Shown one piece after another: positions 9,317 to 19,064 of a stretch of 64,000 nt of DNA. The stretch is from Kiritimatiellia bacterium (GTDB taxonomy: Bacteria; Verrucomicrobiota; Kiritimatiellia; RFP12; UBA1067). Position 1 is the stretch's first letter, and each line of letters starts with the position of its first letter. The stretch is from positions 159,993-223,992 of the forward strand of contig JAZSOG010000025.1 in the NCBI GenBank assembly GCA_045536845.1, in the 5' to 3' direction. A program made the translations under genes and the position numbers. The notes beneath the pieces are model-generated. The model saw nothing but the letters and a program-made list of their open reading frames with translations, searched no databases and had not been told where the DNA came from.

Positions 9317-10141
9317 ATGGGTGATGAGTTCACATGGAACGACCGCTACGCTGGCGACGAGGCCTGGACCGAATGGTTTGAAATCTGTTCGGTCGACCTC
9401 TGTCGCCCCGAGTTCGCCGCTCGGCTGCGCGAGCAGGTTTCCGCTGCGCTCTACTCTCGCCTCGCCCGCGCCGGAATCTCGCGCGAAGACGCGGGTGGCG
9501 AAGACCCTGTCGCCTTCTTCGACTCATACTTCAAGCTCAAGGGCTCGCGCGAGAAGAAGAAACCGCTTAAGTCCTACTTCGCCCACCGCATCAAGGACGA
9601 GGGCCTCGAGATGGTCGACTTCGTCTGCGGCACTCTTTTCGGCTCCGGCTCGGGCCGCGTCCGCGACATCGCCCTCGACTGGATATCGGTCATCAAGGGC
9701 TGGAAGCCGCGCACTGTCGCAGGAGAGGACGGCCGACGCCGTCTCGTGTGGGAGAACGCGGGGGACGCTAATCTCGCGGCCGTCGAGCAGTCGGAAGGGC
9801 CGCAGTCGCTTGACTTCCTCGATGAAGAGCCGCTTCGCGCAGAGTCCGAGCGGGTCATCGCCGCAGTCGCGCAGCGCGCGCGCCTTGCGCAAGACGCCGC
9901 CTCGCTTCTCGTCTACGCCACATCTCACGACATCTCGCTCACCGAGCCCTGCATACTCGCCGCGCTTGGCGCCGGGAAGTCGCAGGCTTACGCCTTGCGG
10001 GAGAAGGTCGTCGCGGCGCTTGAGCGGGAGCTTCGCGAAGTCGAGCTTGCGGACACGCCTCTTTTCGCGCGCGTCCTCGTCGCTGCAGCCGCGGCGCATT
10101 TGCCGCGCGACCTTCAAAAAGAACTGGGGGTGGAAGAATGA
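9317..10141 (+). CDS. hypothetical protein; C-terminus resembles sigma-70 region-4 HTH (speculative)
   Basis: 274 aa, leaderless start directly after TGGTATAAT; C-terminal DISLTEPCILAALGAGKSQAYALREKVVAALERELRE HTH-like; overlaps next gene by ATGA. Confidence 0.5.
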   Translation: MGDEFTWNDRYAGDEAWTEWFEICSVDLCRPEFAARLREQVSAALYSRLARAGISREDAGGEDPVAFFDSYFKLKGSREKKKPLKSYFAHRIKDEGLEMVDFVCGTLFGSGSGRVRDIALDWISVIKGWKPRTVAGEDGRRRLVWENAGDANLAAVEQSEGPQSLDFLDEEPLRAESERVIAAVAQRARLAQDAASLLVYATSHDISLTEPCILAALGAGKSQAYALREKVVAALERELREVELADTPLFARVLVAAAAAHLPRDLQKELGVEE

Positions 10142-11394
10142 ACGCCGCGTTCCAGAATGAGTGGCAGCTCTACCGGCGCGGCGCACAGCTTCCGCCGATC
10201 GTCGGCCTCGAGCCGAAGACCGACTCCGAGTTCGATGCCGATGTTGCCGTTGGGGAGGTAAGGATATTTGCCGACACGAACCGCCCGCTCGTCGCGCTCG
10301 TCGTCGAAGACCGCCGTCTTTCTGGGTGGCGCATCGTCCCGGTCTCGCCGTTCTGCGCGCCAGCTTCCGACCGCGAGCTGATGGTTGGCGAGCGAGTCTT
10401 CCAGCTTTGGAACGCGACGGTCGTCTCGCGCCGTTTCGCGTCGCGCAGCTGGAGAGTCGATGCGATTTCCGATTCCGATCTCGCGGAGATCCGCGGCGCA
10501 ATTGCCGCGGCGAATCCCGGGCGCGTCACTGCGGGCGACGGCGTGCAGGCGAAGTACGAGCGCGAGTTTCTCGTCGGAGAGGGGACGCTCGTTCCGTTCG
10601 CGGAGCCGCGCGCGGCGGATTTGCCGCGCTTTGGGTGGATGCAGATTTCGCTCAAGATCGCGGCGTCGCTCGCGCTGTGCCTTGTGGCGTGGTATGTCCT
10701 GATGATGGACTCCGGTCGCCAGATCGTCCGAAACTGGCGCGGGGGCTTCCATGCCGTCGACATCGCGCAGGAAGACGCGACCATCGATCTTGTCGACGCG
10801 CGCGAGGTGCGCGAGGCGCCGACGGAAATCGCGGAAGTAAATATCGACTTTACGCCGCCCTCGGTAACATGGTACGGTCCTGCGCCAGAAGTCTTCCGTC
10901 CCGCGAAGTTCGCGGACGTGAAGGGGCCGAAGGTGCCGGAGAGTATCAAGAAGTTCACGCTCGACCGCGACAGGTTCATTTCACCGATTTCCGCGCCGAT
11001 GGAAGTCGTGTTCCTTTCGGGTGGCGAACGGAAGTCTCACGCCCCTGCGCAGAGCGGTGAGCTCCGGTATGCGGCTGCAATCGCGCCGCTCGCGGAGCCT
11101 CCGAAGGTGACGTGCAAGCTTGTGAACGACACGCGGAGCGGGCTCTGCGTCGACAAGATACTGCGCATTGAAGGAGAAGTCGCGGAAGGAGCGAAGATCA
11201 CCGTGATGTTCGACTGGGATGTCGTCGAGGGATATGGCAAACTGTCCAGCACTGCCTCTGACTGCAAGGTCTGGATCAATTACGAGCTTATGGCGTTCTC
11301 GGGCAAAACGATTTCCCCCGAGTCTGTTTTCGTCACGCTCATCTGGCCTTCGAAGGATGGCGACGAGCGTACGCCCGTTCCTGTCGGCCAGTGA
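10138..11394 (+). CDS. hypothetical single-pass membrane protein (anti-sigma-like topology)
   Basis: 418 aa; cytoplasmic N-domain, TM helix ISLKIAASLALCLVAWYVLMM, ~230-aa C-terminal domain; translationally coupled to upstream gene. Confidence 0.5.
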   Translation: MNAAFQNEWQLYRRGAQLPPIVGLEPKTDSEFDADVAVGEVRIFADTNRPLVALVVEDRRLSGWRIVPVSPFCAPASDRELMVGERVFQLWNATVVSRRFASRSWRVDAISDSDLAEIRGAIAAANPGRVTAGDGVQAKYEREFLVGEGTLVPFAEPRAADLPRFGWMQISLKIAASLALCLVAWYVLMMDSGRQIVRNWRGGFHAVDIAQEDATIDLVDAREVREAPTEIAEVNIDFTPPSVTWYGPAPEVFRPAKFADVKGPKVPESIKKFTLDRDRFISPISAPMEVVFLSGGERKSHAPAQSGELRYAAAIAPLAEPPKVTCKLVNDTRSGLCVDKILRIEGEVAEGAKITVMFDWDVVEGYGKLSSTASDCKVWINYELMAFSGKTISPESVFVTLIWPSKDGDERTPVPVGQ

Positions 11395-11516
11395 AAAAAA
11401 TTATTGTTCATTAGGCATTGACGCGGTGGCGGCAAAATTGGTAGAATTTGCGGTGTCGAAGCGGCGAGGGCGCGTGCTTTCCCGACGAGACGGAACACAA
11501 GAAGGAAAGAATCAAG

Positions 11517-11879
11517 ATGGAAATCTATGTTGGTAACCTCGCATACGCGACGACCGACGATGGGCTCAAGGCGGCGTTCGCGCAGTTTGGCGAAGTTACC
11601 GCCGTTCGTGTCGTGACCGATCGCATGACCGGTCGCAGCAAGGGATTCGGCTTCGTCACGATGCCCGACGCCACCCAGGCGCAGGCCGCGATCGACGCCC
11701 TCAACGGACACGAACTCGACGGACGCACGGTCCGCGTCAATGAGTCGCAGCCTAAGCCTCGCGAAGAGCGTCGTGGCGGCTTCGGCGGTGGACGCGGCGG
11801 CTTCGGCGGCGGACGCGGCGGCTACGGTGATCGTGGCGGCTATGGCGATCGCGGCCCTCGTCGCGAGACACGCTGGTAA
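11517..11879 (+). CDS. RRM-type glycine-rich RNA-binding protein
   Basis: MEIYVGNLAYATTDDGL...KGFGFVTM RNP1/RNP2 motifs; C-terminal RGG/GGYGDRGG repeats; RBS GGAAAG. Confidence 0.9.
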   Translation: MEIYVGNLAYATTDDGLKAAFAQFGEVTAVRVVTDRMTGRSKGFGFVTMPDATQAQAAIDALNGHELDGRTVRVNESQPKPREERRGGFGGGRGGFGGGRGGYGDRGGYGDRGPRRETRW

Positions 11880-11958
11880 TCGATGGTTCGTCGATTCCAT
11901 TCAAACGGGAAGCGCGGCCCATTCGCCGCGCTTTTTGTTTTCAGGTGCATGATACGGC

Positions 11959-12567
11959 ATGGCAGTTTCGCTTGAGATAGAGAAGACGGTTGGCGATCCC
12001 GTGATGGGGATCGACGAGGCGGGGCGCGGCCCTCTCGCGGGCGGCGTATATGCCGCGGCCGTGTCTGTTCCTCTTGCGCTCGCGGAGCAGCTGCTCGTCG
12101 GCGCGTGGAGCGAGATAAACGATTCGAAGAAGCTGACGGAGAAAAAGCGCGAGCGCCTTGCGGCGGTCATCAAGTCTACGGACGGCTGCAAGTGGGCAAT
12201 CGCAAGCGCGAGCCCGAAGGAGATCGACGAGCTAAACATCTTGAACGCGACGCACCTCGCGATGCGAAGGGCGGCGGACGAAGTCGGCGCGGAACATATT
12301 CTCGTCGACGGACTTCCAGTGAAGACTCTGCCGCACGCAGTGAACGTCGTGAAGGGCGACGCCAAGTCTCTTCTAATCGCGGCGGCGTCGATTCTCGCGA
12401 AGACGGCGCGAGACGCCGACTGCCTTCGCCTCGAAGAGCTCTATCCCGGCTACGGTTTTGCAAAGCACAAGGGCTATCCGACGAAGGACCACATGGAGGC
12501 GCTTTCGCGTCTCGGCCCTTGTCCCGAACACCGCAGGAGTTTCGGCCCCGTTGCCAATGTGATTTGA
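11959..12567 (+). CDS. rnhB: ribonuclease HII
   Basis: GIDEAGRGPLAGGVYAAAV...DSKKL...HKGYPTKDHMEALSRLGPCPEHRRSF RNase HII signature. Confidence 0.9.
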   Translation: MAVSLEIEKTVGDPVMGIDEAGRGPLAGGVYAAAVSVPLALAEQLLVGAWSEINDSKKLTEKKRERLAAVIKSTDGCKWAIASASPKEIDELNILNATHLAMRRAADEVGAEHILVDGLPVKTLPHAVNVVKGDAKSLLIAAASILAKTARDADCLRLEELYPGYGFAKHKGYPTKDHMEALSRLGPCPEHRRSFGPVANVI

Positions 12568-12573
12568 TATAAT
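12563..12573 (+). promoter_or_regulatory. extended -10 promoter TTTGATATAAT upstream of thioredoxin-like gene
   Basis: TGaTATAAT; gene start 12599 with AAAGGAAC RBS. Confidence 0.5.
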
Positions 12574-12598
12574 ACCATTCAATACGAAAGGAACATCA

Positions 12599-13420
12599 AT
12601 GAAGAATACGATTCCGATGTTGTGCGCTGCGCTCTTTGCGCTGGCCGCGTTCGCCAAGACCTCAACTCCCGAAGGATGGCTCGACGACTACGATGCCGCC
12701 CTCAAGAAGGCCGCCGCCGAGAACAAGCATGTCGTCATCGATTTCTCGGGGAGCGACTGGTGTGGATGGTGCAAGCGTCTCGACGAGGAGGTGTTCGCGA
12801 CCGACGAATTCCGCAAGGGCGCCGCGGAGAAGTATGTTCTCCTGATGGTCGATTCTCCGCGCGACAAGTCGCTTCTCACTCCCGAGGCCGCGAAGAACAA
12901 CCCGAAGCTCGTTGAGAAGTTCAACGTCGAGGGCTTCCCGACGGTCGTTGTTCTCGATTCGAAGGGCGAGGAAGTGATGAGGACCGGCTACCAGGCGGGA
13001 GGCCCCGAGAAGTACCTCAAGATGCTCGACGAGGAGATCCGCTTCGCCCCTGAGATAAAGAAGTACATCAAGCCGATTGAAGACATCTTGAATCGTCACG
13101 ACGAGCAGATGAGGAAAGATTCCGAAGCGGTGATGGAGAAGGTCGAGGCGAAGTTCCCGAAGCCCGACAAGAAGATGTCGAAGTCCGAACGGCAGAAGTA
13201 CCAGAAGGATGCCATGGACTACATGCAGAAGATCATGTTCGAGGAAGTATACCCCAAGTATGTTCCGCTTATCGAGAAGTGCTTTGTCGAGGCGAAGGCG
13301 ATGAAGGTCCCCGAGGCCTTGGAAGAGCGCAAGAAGGAACTTATCGAAGGAGAGGAAAAGCATTTCGACATGCTGCGCCAGGCGATCAAGGAACACGAGG
13401 AGAAGAAGGGCGAGAAGTAG
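12599..13420 (+). CDS. secreted thioredoxin-fold protein (CGWC active site) with Lys/Glu-rich C-terminal extension
   Basis: Signal peptide MKNTIPMLCAALFALAAFA; VVIDFSGSDWCGWCKRLDEEVF thioredoxin_7-like motif. Confidence 0.75.
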   Translation: MKNTIPMLCAALFALAAFAKTSTPEGWLDDYDAALKKAAAENKHVVIDFSGSDWCGWCKRLDEEVFATDEFRKGAAEKYVLLMVDSPRDKSLLTPEAAKNNPKLVEKFNVEGFPTVVVLDSKGEEVMRTGYQAGGPEKYLKMLDEEIRFAPEIKKYIKPIEDILNRHDEQMRKDSEAVMEKVEAKFPKPDKKMSKSERQKYQKDAMDYMQKIMFEEVYPKYVPLIEKCFVEAKAMKVPEALEERKKELIEGEEKHFDMLRQAIKEHEEKKGEK

Positions 13421-13424
13421 TGTC

Positions 13425-14177
13425 ATGTGCAAGGTAATGGGAATCGTCAATGTCACGCCGGACTCGTTTTCCGACGGTGGCAAGTTCAACACCCCGGAGG
13501 AGGCGATCCGTCGCGCGAAGAACCTCGTCGAGGAAGGTGCGGCAATCATAGACATCGGCGGCGAGTCGACGCGCCCTGGCGCTACGCCTATATCGTGGGA
13601 AGAGGAGTGGGCGAGAATTGAACCTGTACTTGCAGGGCTCAAGCCCCTGCTCGCGACTTCCAGCTTTAGGCTTTCAGTAGACACATATCATCCCGAGACG
13701 GCTGAACGTGCCGTCGCGGCTGGCGTGAAGATAGTCAACTGCGTGTACGCAGAGCCGATTCCGGAGATGTGCCGCATAATTGTCGCCGCGGCACCGGAGA
13801 CGGAGCTCGTTCTTCCCGCGAAGGTCGTTGATTCGCAACTCGCGACTCTCAAGTCTCAGCTTGCGTCTCTTTCTTCTCGACTTTACCTTGATCCGATGAT
13901 CGGGTTCGGAACGACGCGCGAGGAGGATCTTGAGATTTTGCAGACTATCCCAGAGCTCGCGAAGAAGGGGCGCGTCCTCATCGGTGCAAGCCGCAAGCGC
14001 ATCGTAAAGCGCCTCACGGGCGAGAAGGTTCCCGGTAAGGATCTCGCGGGCAATCTCACGATTGCGCTTTGGGCCGCGATGAATGGTGCTGACGTCGTCA
14101 GGGTTCATGACGTACGCGAGACCGTACAGGCGCTCAAGGTCCTCTCCGCGCTCAAGGGGGAGGCGTTGCCGGAATGA
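13425..14177 (+). CDS. folP: dihydropteroate synthase
   Basis: MGIVNVTPDSFSDGG...IIDIGGESTRPGA...VHDV pterin-binding signature; start may be 13437. Confidence 0.9.
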   Translation: MCKVMGIVNVTPDSFSDGGKFNTPEEAIRRAKNLVEEGAAIIDIGGESTRPGATPISWEEEWARIEPVLAGLKPLLATSSFRLSVDTYHPETAERAVAAGVKIVNCVYAEPIPEMCRIIVAAAPETELVLPAKVVDSQLATLKSQLASLSSRLYLDPMIGFGTTREEDLEILQTIPELAKKGRVLIGASRKRIVKRLTGEKVPGKDLAGNLTIALWAAMNGADVVRVHDVRETVQALKVLSALKGEALPE

Positions 14178-15112
14178 CGCTTGCCGCGCTCGCCTTGTTC
14201 GCCGCACTCGGGTTCTCCGATTCGAAGACGCTCGCAGTCCAGATACACCTCGACCGCGCTGGCTTTTCGTGCAGCACGATCGACGGGCAGTGGGGCGCGA
14301 AGTCCGAACGGGCGCTTCGGCTCTACGAGTACACCCGCGCGAACGCCCGCAAGCCAGCGCTCGCGGCCACGCCGGAACAGGCATACGATCGCTACTTTGC
14401 AAACGCGCCCGATCCGTTTCGCATCGTCGAGGTGACGCGTGCCGACTTGGATGCGCTCGTCAAGATTCCCGACGATCCCGCCGAGCGCGCGAAGCTCGGA
14501 CGCATGGGCTACGAGTCGATAAAGGAGATGTTCGCGGAGCGCGGACACCTTTCGCAGATCGCGCTTTCGAAGATGAACCCAGGCGTCGACTGGGCGAACG
14601 TGAAGCCGGGGCTTAAGCTCGTCATTCCTAATTTTCCGCCGATAGAAGAAGAACTCGCGGCAGGCGACAGGGGTAAGCCGAACAGACCGAAGCGCCCAGA
14701 GGCAGCGCTTGTGAAGATATCGGTTTCGCTGAGCGAGATTCGCGTGTACGACGCCGAATCTAAGCTCCTCGCATTCTTTCCGTGTTCAATCGCGGCAGAC
14801 AAGGCGAAGGTTCCGCCGCATGGCGAACTGAAGATCACGAGCTACGTCGCGTGGCCGAACTTCACGTACACGCCTGACTTTACGCCAGCGGGGAAGAAGG
14901 TGCAGCGGCACATCTGGCCTGAGGGGGAGAACTGCCCAGTCGGCGTCGCGTGGATGGGGCTCAATCTCCCCGGCTACGGAATCCACGGAACGCCGCGCCC
15001 CGAGTCGATTGGCTTCACCGGCTCGCACGGATGCTTCCGCCTTGCGAACTGGAACGCCGCGCGGCTCTACGCGATGTGCCGCAGCGGAATGAAGGTCGTC
15101 ATTGATCCATGA
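14174..15112 (+). CDS. L,D-transpeptidase (YkuD domain) with N-terminal peptidoglycan-binding-like domain
   Basis: Catalytic motif GIHGTPRPESIGFTGSHGCFRLANWNAARLY; N-terminal LDRAGFSCSTIDGQWGAKSERALRLYE PG-binding-like. Confidence 0.85.
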   Translation: MTLAALALFAALGFSDSKTLAVQIHLDRAGFSCSTIDGQWGAKSERALRLYEYTRANARKPALAATPEQAYDRYFANAPDPFRIVEVTRADLDALVKIPDDPAERAKLGRMGYESIKEMFAERGHLSQIALSKMNPGVDWANVKPGLKLVIPNFPPIEEELAAGDRGKPNRPKRPEAALVKISVSLSEIRVYDAESKLLAFFPCSIAADKAKVPPHGELKITSYVAWPNFTYTPDFTPAGKKVQRHIWPEGENCPVGVAWMGLNLPGYGIHGTPRPESIGFTGSHGCFRLANWNAARLYAMCRSGMKVVIDP

Positions 15113-15576
15113 ATTTCCTCGCGATAGACTTCGAGACGACGGGCTACGACTTCGGCTGCGATAACGAGCCGTGGCAGCTCGGGTTCGCGCGTGTCGAGAA
15201 CGGCGTGATAGTCGAGACTGGCGAGTGGTTCTTCGATGTCGAAGGCGCTCCCGAGCGCGCGCATGAGCCGGACGCGCTCGGCACATTGCAGAGTTCCTTC
15301 GAAACATGGGCGCCGAAACTCGTGGGCGTTCGCCTCGTCGCGCACAACATCGCGTGCGAGCGAACGATCCTTACGCGCGTCGCGCCGCTTACGAAGTGGG
15401 GACCGTGGGTAGACACGATGAAGCTCGCGAAGGCAAGGTACCCGAAGCTTCCGTCGTACAAGCTCGGCGACCTCTGCGAGATGTTCGGGCAGGTGCCTCA
15501 GATCGACGGCCGCACGTGGCACGACGGGCTCTACGACGCCGTCGCCTGCGCGAACCTCGCGCTGTTCCTGAATTAG
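15109..15576 (+). CDS. DnaQ-like (DEDDh) 3'-5' exonuclease
   Basis: LAIDFETTG (Exo I), VAHNIACE (Exo II), WHDGLYDAVACA (Exo III). Confidence 0.8.
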   Translation: MNFLAIDFETTGYDFGCDNEPWQLGFARVENGVIVETGEWFFDVEGAPERAHEPDALGTLQSSFETWAPKLVGVRLVAHNIACERTILTRVAPLTKWGPWVDTMKLAKARYPKLPSYKLGDLCEMFGQVPQIDGRTWHDGLYDAVACANLALFLN

Positions 15577-15595
15577 TGATGGAATAGACGACAGG

Positions 15596-15608
15596 TTTTT
15601 GGTATAAT
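15596..15608 (+). promoter_or_regulatory. extended -10 promoter TTTTTGGTATAAT, leaderless (ATG 15615)
   Basis: TATAAT ends 6 nt before start codon of beta-CASP RNase gene. Confidence 0.55.
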
Positions 15609-15614
15609 CACGTC

Positions 15615-17015
15615 ATGAGAATAACTTTCTACGGAGCGGCGCAGACGACGACCGGCTCCATGCATCTTGTAGAGGCGAACGGCAAGCGGATACTGCTCGA
15701 CTGCGGGCTGTACCAAGGCCACCGCAAGGAGGCGTTCGAGAAGAACAGGAACCTCCCGGTCGATCCCGCGAAGATCGACTACGTGATTCTTTCGCATGCG
15801 CACATCGACCACAGCGGAAACCTGCCGCAGCTCGTCAGGCAGGGCTTTCGCGGGCGCGTTTTCGCAAGACAGTCGACGACCGATCTCTGCGACGTCATGC
15901 TGCGCGACTCGTGCTTTCTCCAGAAGCGCGACCTCGAGTACATCAACAAGAAGCGCCGCAAGGAAGGCAAGAAGCCGTTCGAGCCGCTTTACGAGGAGAG
16001 CGACGTCGACGCGCTTATGCAGCTGTTCGTTCCGACGCACATGCACGAGCCGCGCGAGATATGCCGCGGGATAACGCTCGAGTTCTTCAACGCGGGGCAC
16101 ATTCTCGGCTCGGCGCTCGTACAGCTCGATATCCGCTCCGATCACGGTCACAACCACCGTCTGCTTTTCTCCGGCGACCTCGGACAGCCGAACCAGCCGA
16201 TACTTCGCCACTATGAGTATCCCGCCGGCGCTGACATCCTTATCGTCGAGTCGACGTACGCCGACAAGTTCCACCCGAGCGCAGACGACGTCGAGTTGCG
16301 TCTCGAGAAGTACCTGAAGTACATCGACCGCCACAACGCGAAACTGCTCGTTCCTGCGTTCTCCGTCGGGCGCACGCAGCAGATCATCTACTACCTGAAC
16401 AAGCTGCGCGAGAAGGGCAAGGTGCCGCGCGAGGTCAAGGTCTACATTGACTCGCCTCTCTCGCAGAAGGCGACGCGCATCTACGCGAAGCACCGCGAGG
16501 TCTACAACGACGAGGCGAAGCGGATGCTTGCGGAGGGCAAGGACCCGCTCGAGTTCCCCGGCATGGTGTTCGTCGGGACTCCCGAGGAGTCGATGGCGCT
16601 CAACGACACGCCCGGACCTATGATCATCATCGCGGCGTCTGGCATGTGCGAAGGCGGGCGAGTTCTCCACCACCTGAAGCACTGCGTGCAGGACGAGGAC
16701 AACATCATCCTCATCTGCGGCTTCCAGGCCGAGAACACGCTAGGCCGTCGCATCGTCGAGAGGCGAGAGACGATCAAGGTCTTCGGCGAGGAGGTTCCGC
16801 TTCGTGCCAAGGTCGAGATCATCAACGCGCTCTCCGCGCATGCCGACCGCACCGGTCTCATCGACTGGATAAGCGAGGTGAAGGACAACGTGCGCAATGC
16901 GTTCGCGGTCCACGGCGAGCCCGAGAAGGTGGCGGCGATGGCCGACATCCTCAAGGAGCAGGGCATACGCAACGTCGTCGCGCCGATGCCAGGGCAGACT
17001 TACCAATTCGAATAA
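15615..17015 (+). CDS. MBL-fold/beta-CASP RNA-metabolising metallo-hydrolase
   Basis: HAHIDHSG metallo-beta-lactamase motif, beta-CASP region, 466 aa; leaderless start 6 nt after TGGTATAAT. Confidence 0.85.
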   Translation: MRITFYGAAQTTTGSMHLVEANGKRILLDCGLYQGHRKEAFEKNRNLPVDPAKIDYVILSHAHIDHSGNLPQLVRQGFRGRVFARQSTTDLCDVMLRDSCFLQKRDLEYINKKRRKEGKKPFEPLYEESDVDALMQLFVPTHMHEPREICRGITLEFFNAGHILGSALVQLDIRSDHGHNHRLLFSGDLGQPNQPILRHYEYPAGADILIVESTYADKFHPSADDVELRLEKYLKYIDRHNAKLLVPAFSVGRTQQIIYYLNKLREKGKVPREVKVYIDSPLSQKATRIYAKHREVYNDEAKRMLAEGKDPLEFPGMVFVGTPEESMALNDTPGPMIIIAASGMCEGGRVLHHLKHCVQDEDNIILICGFQAENTLGRRIVERRETIKVFGEEVPLRAKVEIINALSAHADRTGLIDWISEVKDNVRNAFAVHGEPEKVAAMADILKEQGIRNVVAPMPGQTYQFE

Positions 17016-17092
17016 GCTCGGACTTTCGCTCCACCGCCAACTTCGTCTTGGTGGCTGAAGGCTTCTCCTCGCCCATAACCCATCGGAGCGGA

Positions 17093-17105
17093 GATTTGGT
17101 ATAAT
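17093..17105 (+). promoter_or_regulatory. extended -10 promoter GATTTGGTATAAT upstream of gpmI
   Basis: followed by AAGGAGG RBS and ATG 17126. Confidence 0.55.
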
Positions 17106-17125
17106 ATATTCTTCAAGGAGGAAAA

Positions 17126-18712
17126 ATGAGACCTGTTGTTTTCATCATCCGTGACGGCTGGGGCGTTAATCCCCGCGCAGACGGCAATTCTGTTTATGGC
17201 GCAAAGACGCCTGTCATCGACCAGATCAGGGCGCGCTACCCGCACTGCCTTCTCGACTGCTGCGGCGAGGCGGTCGGGCTTCCCGACGGCTACCAGGGGT
17301 CTTCCGAGGTCGGTCACCTCAACATGGGCGCTGGGCGTATCGTCGTCCAGGAGCTGAAGCGCATAGACGACGGGCTTTCCTCGGGCGAACTCTTCAAGAG
17401 CCCGAAGTGGCAGAACCTCATCGCGAACTGGAAGAAGAACAACTCGCAGTTCCATTTCTTCGGCCTTCTCCAGGACGAGGGAGTTCACGCCCACCAGGAG
17501 CATCTCTTCAAGTTGATGAAGCGTGCGCGCCAGGAGTTCCCCGAAGGGAGCATCGTCGTTCATCCGTTCCTCGACGGCCGCGACACGCCGCCTCGTTCGA
17601 CCCTGGAGTACATCGCCCGCCTCAAGACCGAGCTCGCCGCCGTCGGGGGCGCCACGATCGGCACCGCGATGGGCCGCTACTACGGCATGGACCGCGTGAA
17701 GAACTGGAAGCTCACGAGCGAGGCGTACGACTGCATCGTCGGCTGCAAGGGCAAGAAGGCTGCGACGATCGAGGAGTGCGTCAAGGCGGAGTACGAGAGC
17801 GGCAAGACGCCCGACGGGACGCCCATGACCGACGAGTACATCCCATGCTACGTCATCGGCGACTACGCCGGCATGAAGGACGGCGACGTCGTGATGCACA
17901 CCAACTACCGCCAGGACCGCGCGATCCAGCTCACCCAGGCGTTTGTCTGCGACGACTACGCTGGCGAGCGCTGCGCGCGTCCGAAGGTGACGTACCTCGG
18001 CTTCACGCGCTACTGGGACGAGTTCGAGGACTACCTCCTCGGCGCGATGGGCGCGGGCGGTGGAATGGACAACCTTCTCGGAGAGGTCGTCTCTAAGGCC
18101 GGCATCAAGCAGCTCCGTCTCGCGGAGACGCAGAAGTTCCGCCACGTCACGAGCTTCTTCAACGGCAAGTCCACGACTCCTTCGGATGGCGAGGACCAGG
18201 TCGAGGTGAAGTCGCGCTTCGACCCCGCGACGTTCGCGTCGCACCCCGAGATGGACGCGTACAACGTGACCGACGAGCTTCTCAAGCGCCTTGAGAAGAA
18301 CCCCTACGGCTTCATCGTCGTCAACTACGCGAACTGCGACATGGTGGGCCATACGGGCGACGAGAAGGCCGCGACGAAGGCGGTCGAGGTCACGGACGAG
18401 TGCATCGGGAAGATCCTTCCTCGGCTCCTCGAGCTCGACGCGCACGTCCTCATTTTCGCCGACCACGGCAACGCCGAGCAGATGGTCGACTACAAGTCGG
18501 GGCTTACGAAGACTTCGCACACGCTGAACCTCGTCGACTGCTTCTATGTCGCGAACGATGCGGCAGGCGTGCGGCTTACCCCGCTTGCGAAGCTCTCGGC
18601 CGTCGCGCCGACAGCGCTGCAGATGCTCGGGATCCCGGTTCCGAGCGAAATGACGACGCCGTCGCTTCTCGCCGGCAAGGAGCCCTGGAGCAAAACCGCG
18701 CTCAACGTCTGA
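17126..18712 (+). CDS. gpmI: 2,3-bisphosphoglycerate-independent phosphoglycerate mutase
   Basis: MRPVVFIIRDGWG N-terminus, ~528 aa, AAGGAGG RBS 8 nt upstream. Confidence 0.9.
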   Translation: MRPVVFIIRDGWGVNPRADGNSVYGAKTPVIDQIRARYPHCLLDCCGEAVGLPDGYQGSSEVGHLNMGAGRIVVQELKRIDDGLSSGELFKSPKWQNLIANWKKNNSQFHFFGLLQDEGVHAHQEHLFKLMKRARQEFPEGSIVVHPFLDGRDTPPRSTLEYIARLKTELAAVGGATIGTAMGRYYGMDRVKNWKLTSEAYDCIVGCKGKKAATIEECVKAEYESGKTPDGTPMTDEYIPCYVIGDYAGMKDGDVVMHTNYRQDRAIQLTQAFVCDDYAGERCARPKVTYLGFTRYWDEFEDYLLGAMGAGGGMDNLLGEVVSKAGIKQLRLAETQKFRHVTSFFNGKSTTPSDGEDQVEVKSRFDPATFASHPEMDAYNVTDELLKRLEKNPYGFIVVNYANCDMVGHTGDEKAATKAVEVTDECIGKILPRLLELDAHVLIFADHGNAEQMVDYKSGLTKTSHTLNLVDCFYVANDAAGVRLTPLAKLSAVAPTALQMLGIPVPSEMTTPSLLAGKEPWSKTALNV

Positions 18713-18713
18713 T

Positions 18714-19064
18714 ATGGCGGTCGACAGGATAGAAAGGGTAGACAGTCTCCTCAAGCGGGTCATCGCCGAGGCGATGTTCTCCGTGATGCAGGGCGACACG
18801 GTCGCTCCCGGGCTAATCACCGTGACGGACGTCCACTGCGGGAAGGATCTCCGCGACGCAACCGTCAAGGTGTCGGTGTTCGGCGACGACGCCCTGAAGG
18901 AGACTGCGCTCCAGCACCTTAAGCACAACGCGAGGCGCTTCCAGCAGATCATAAACCGCGAAGTGCGGCTAAAGTTCACTCCGCGTCTTCTCTTCCAGCT
19001 CGACCGCTCGCTTGAGAAGGGCGACGAGGTGCTGGCGATCCTGGACAAGCTCGGAAATGGCTAA
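18714..19064 (+). CDS. rbfA: ribosome-binding factor A
   Basis: RIERVDSLLKRVIAEAM...LITVTDVHCGKDLRDATVKVSVFG typical RbfA. Confidence 0.9.
   Translation: MAVDRIERVDSLLKRVIAEAMFSVMQGDTVAPGLITVTDVHCGKDLRDATVKVSVFGDDALKETALQHLKHNARRFQQIINREVRLKFTPRLLFQLDRSLEKGDEVLAILDKLGNG

Noticed and set aside
17000-19048. 682-aa minus-strand ORF antisense to gpmI/rbfA/truB
   Set aside because: Shadow ORF. It overlaps three well-supported + strand genes and has Arg/Ala-rich low-complexity composition.
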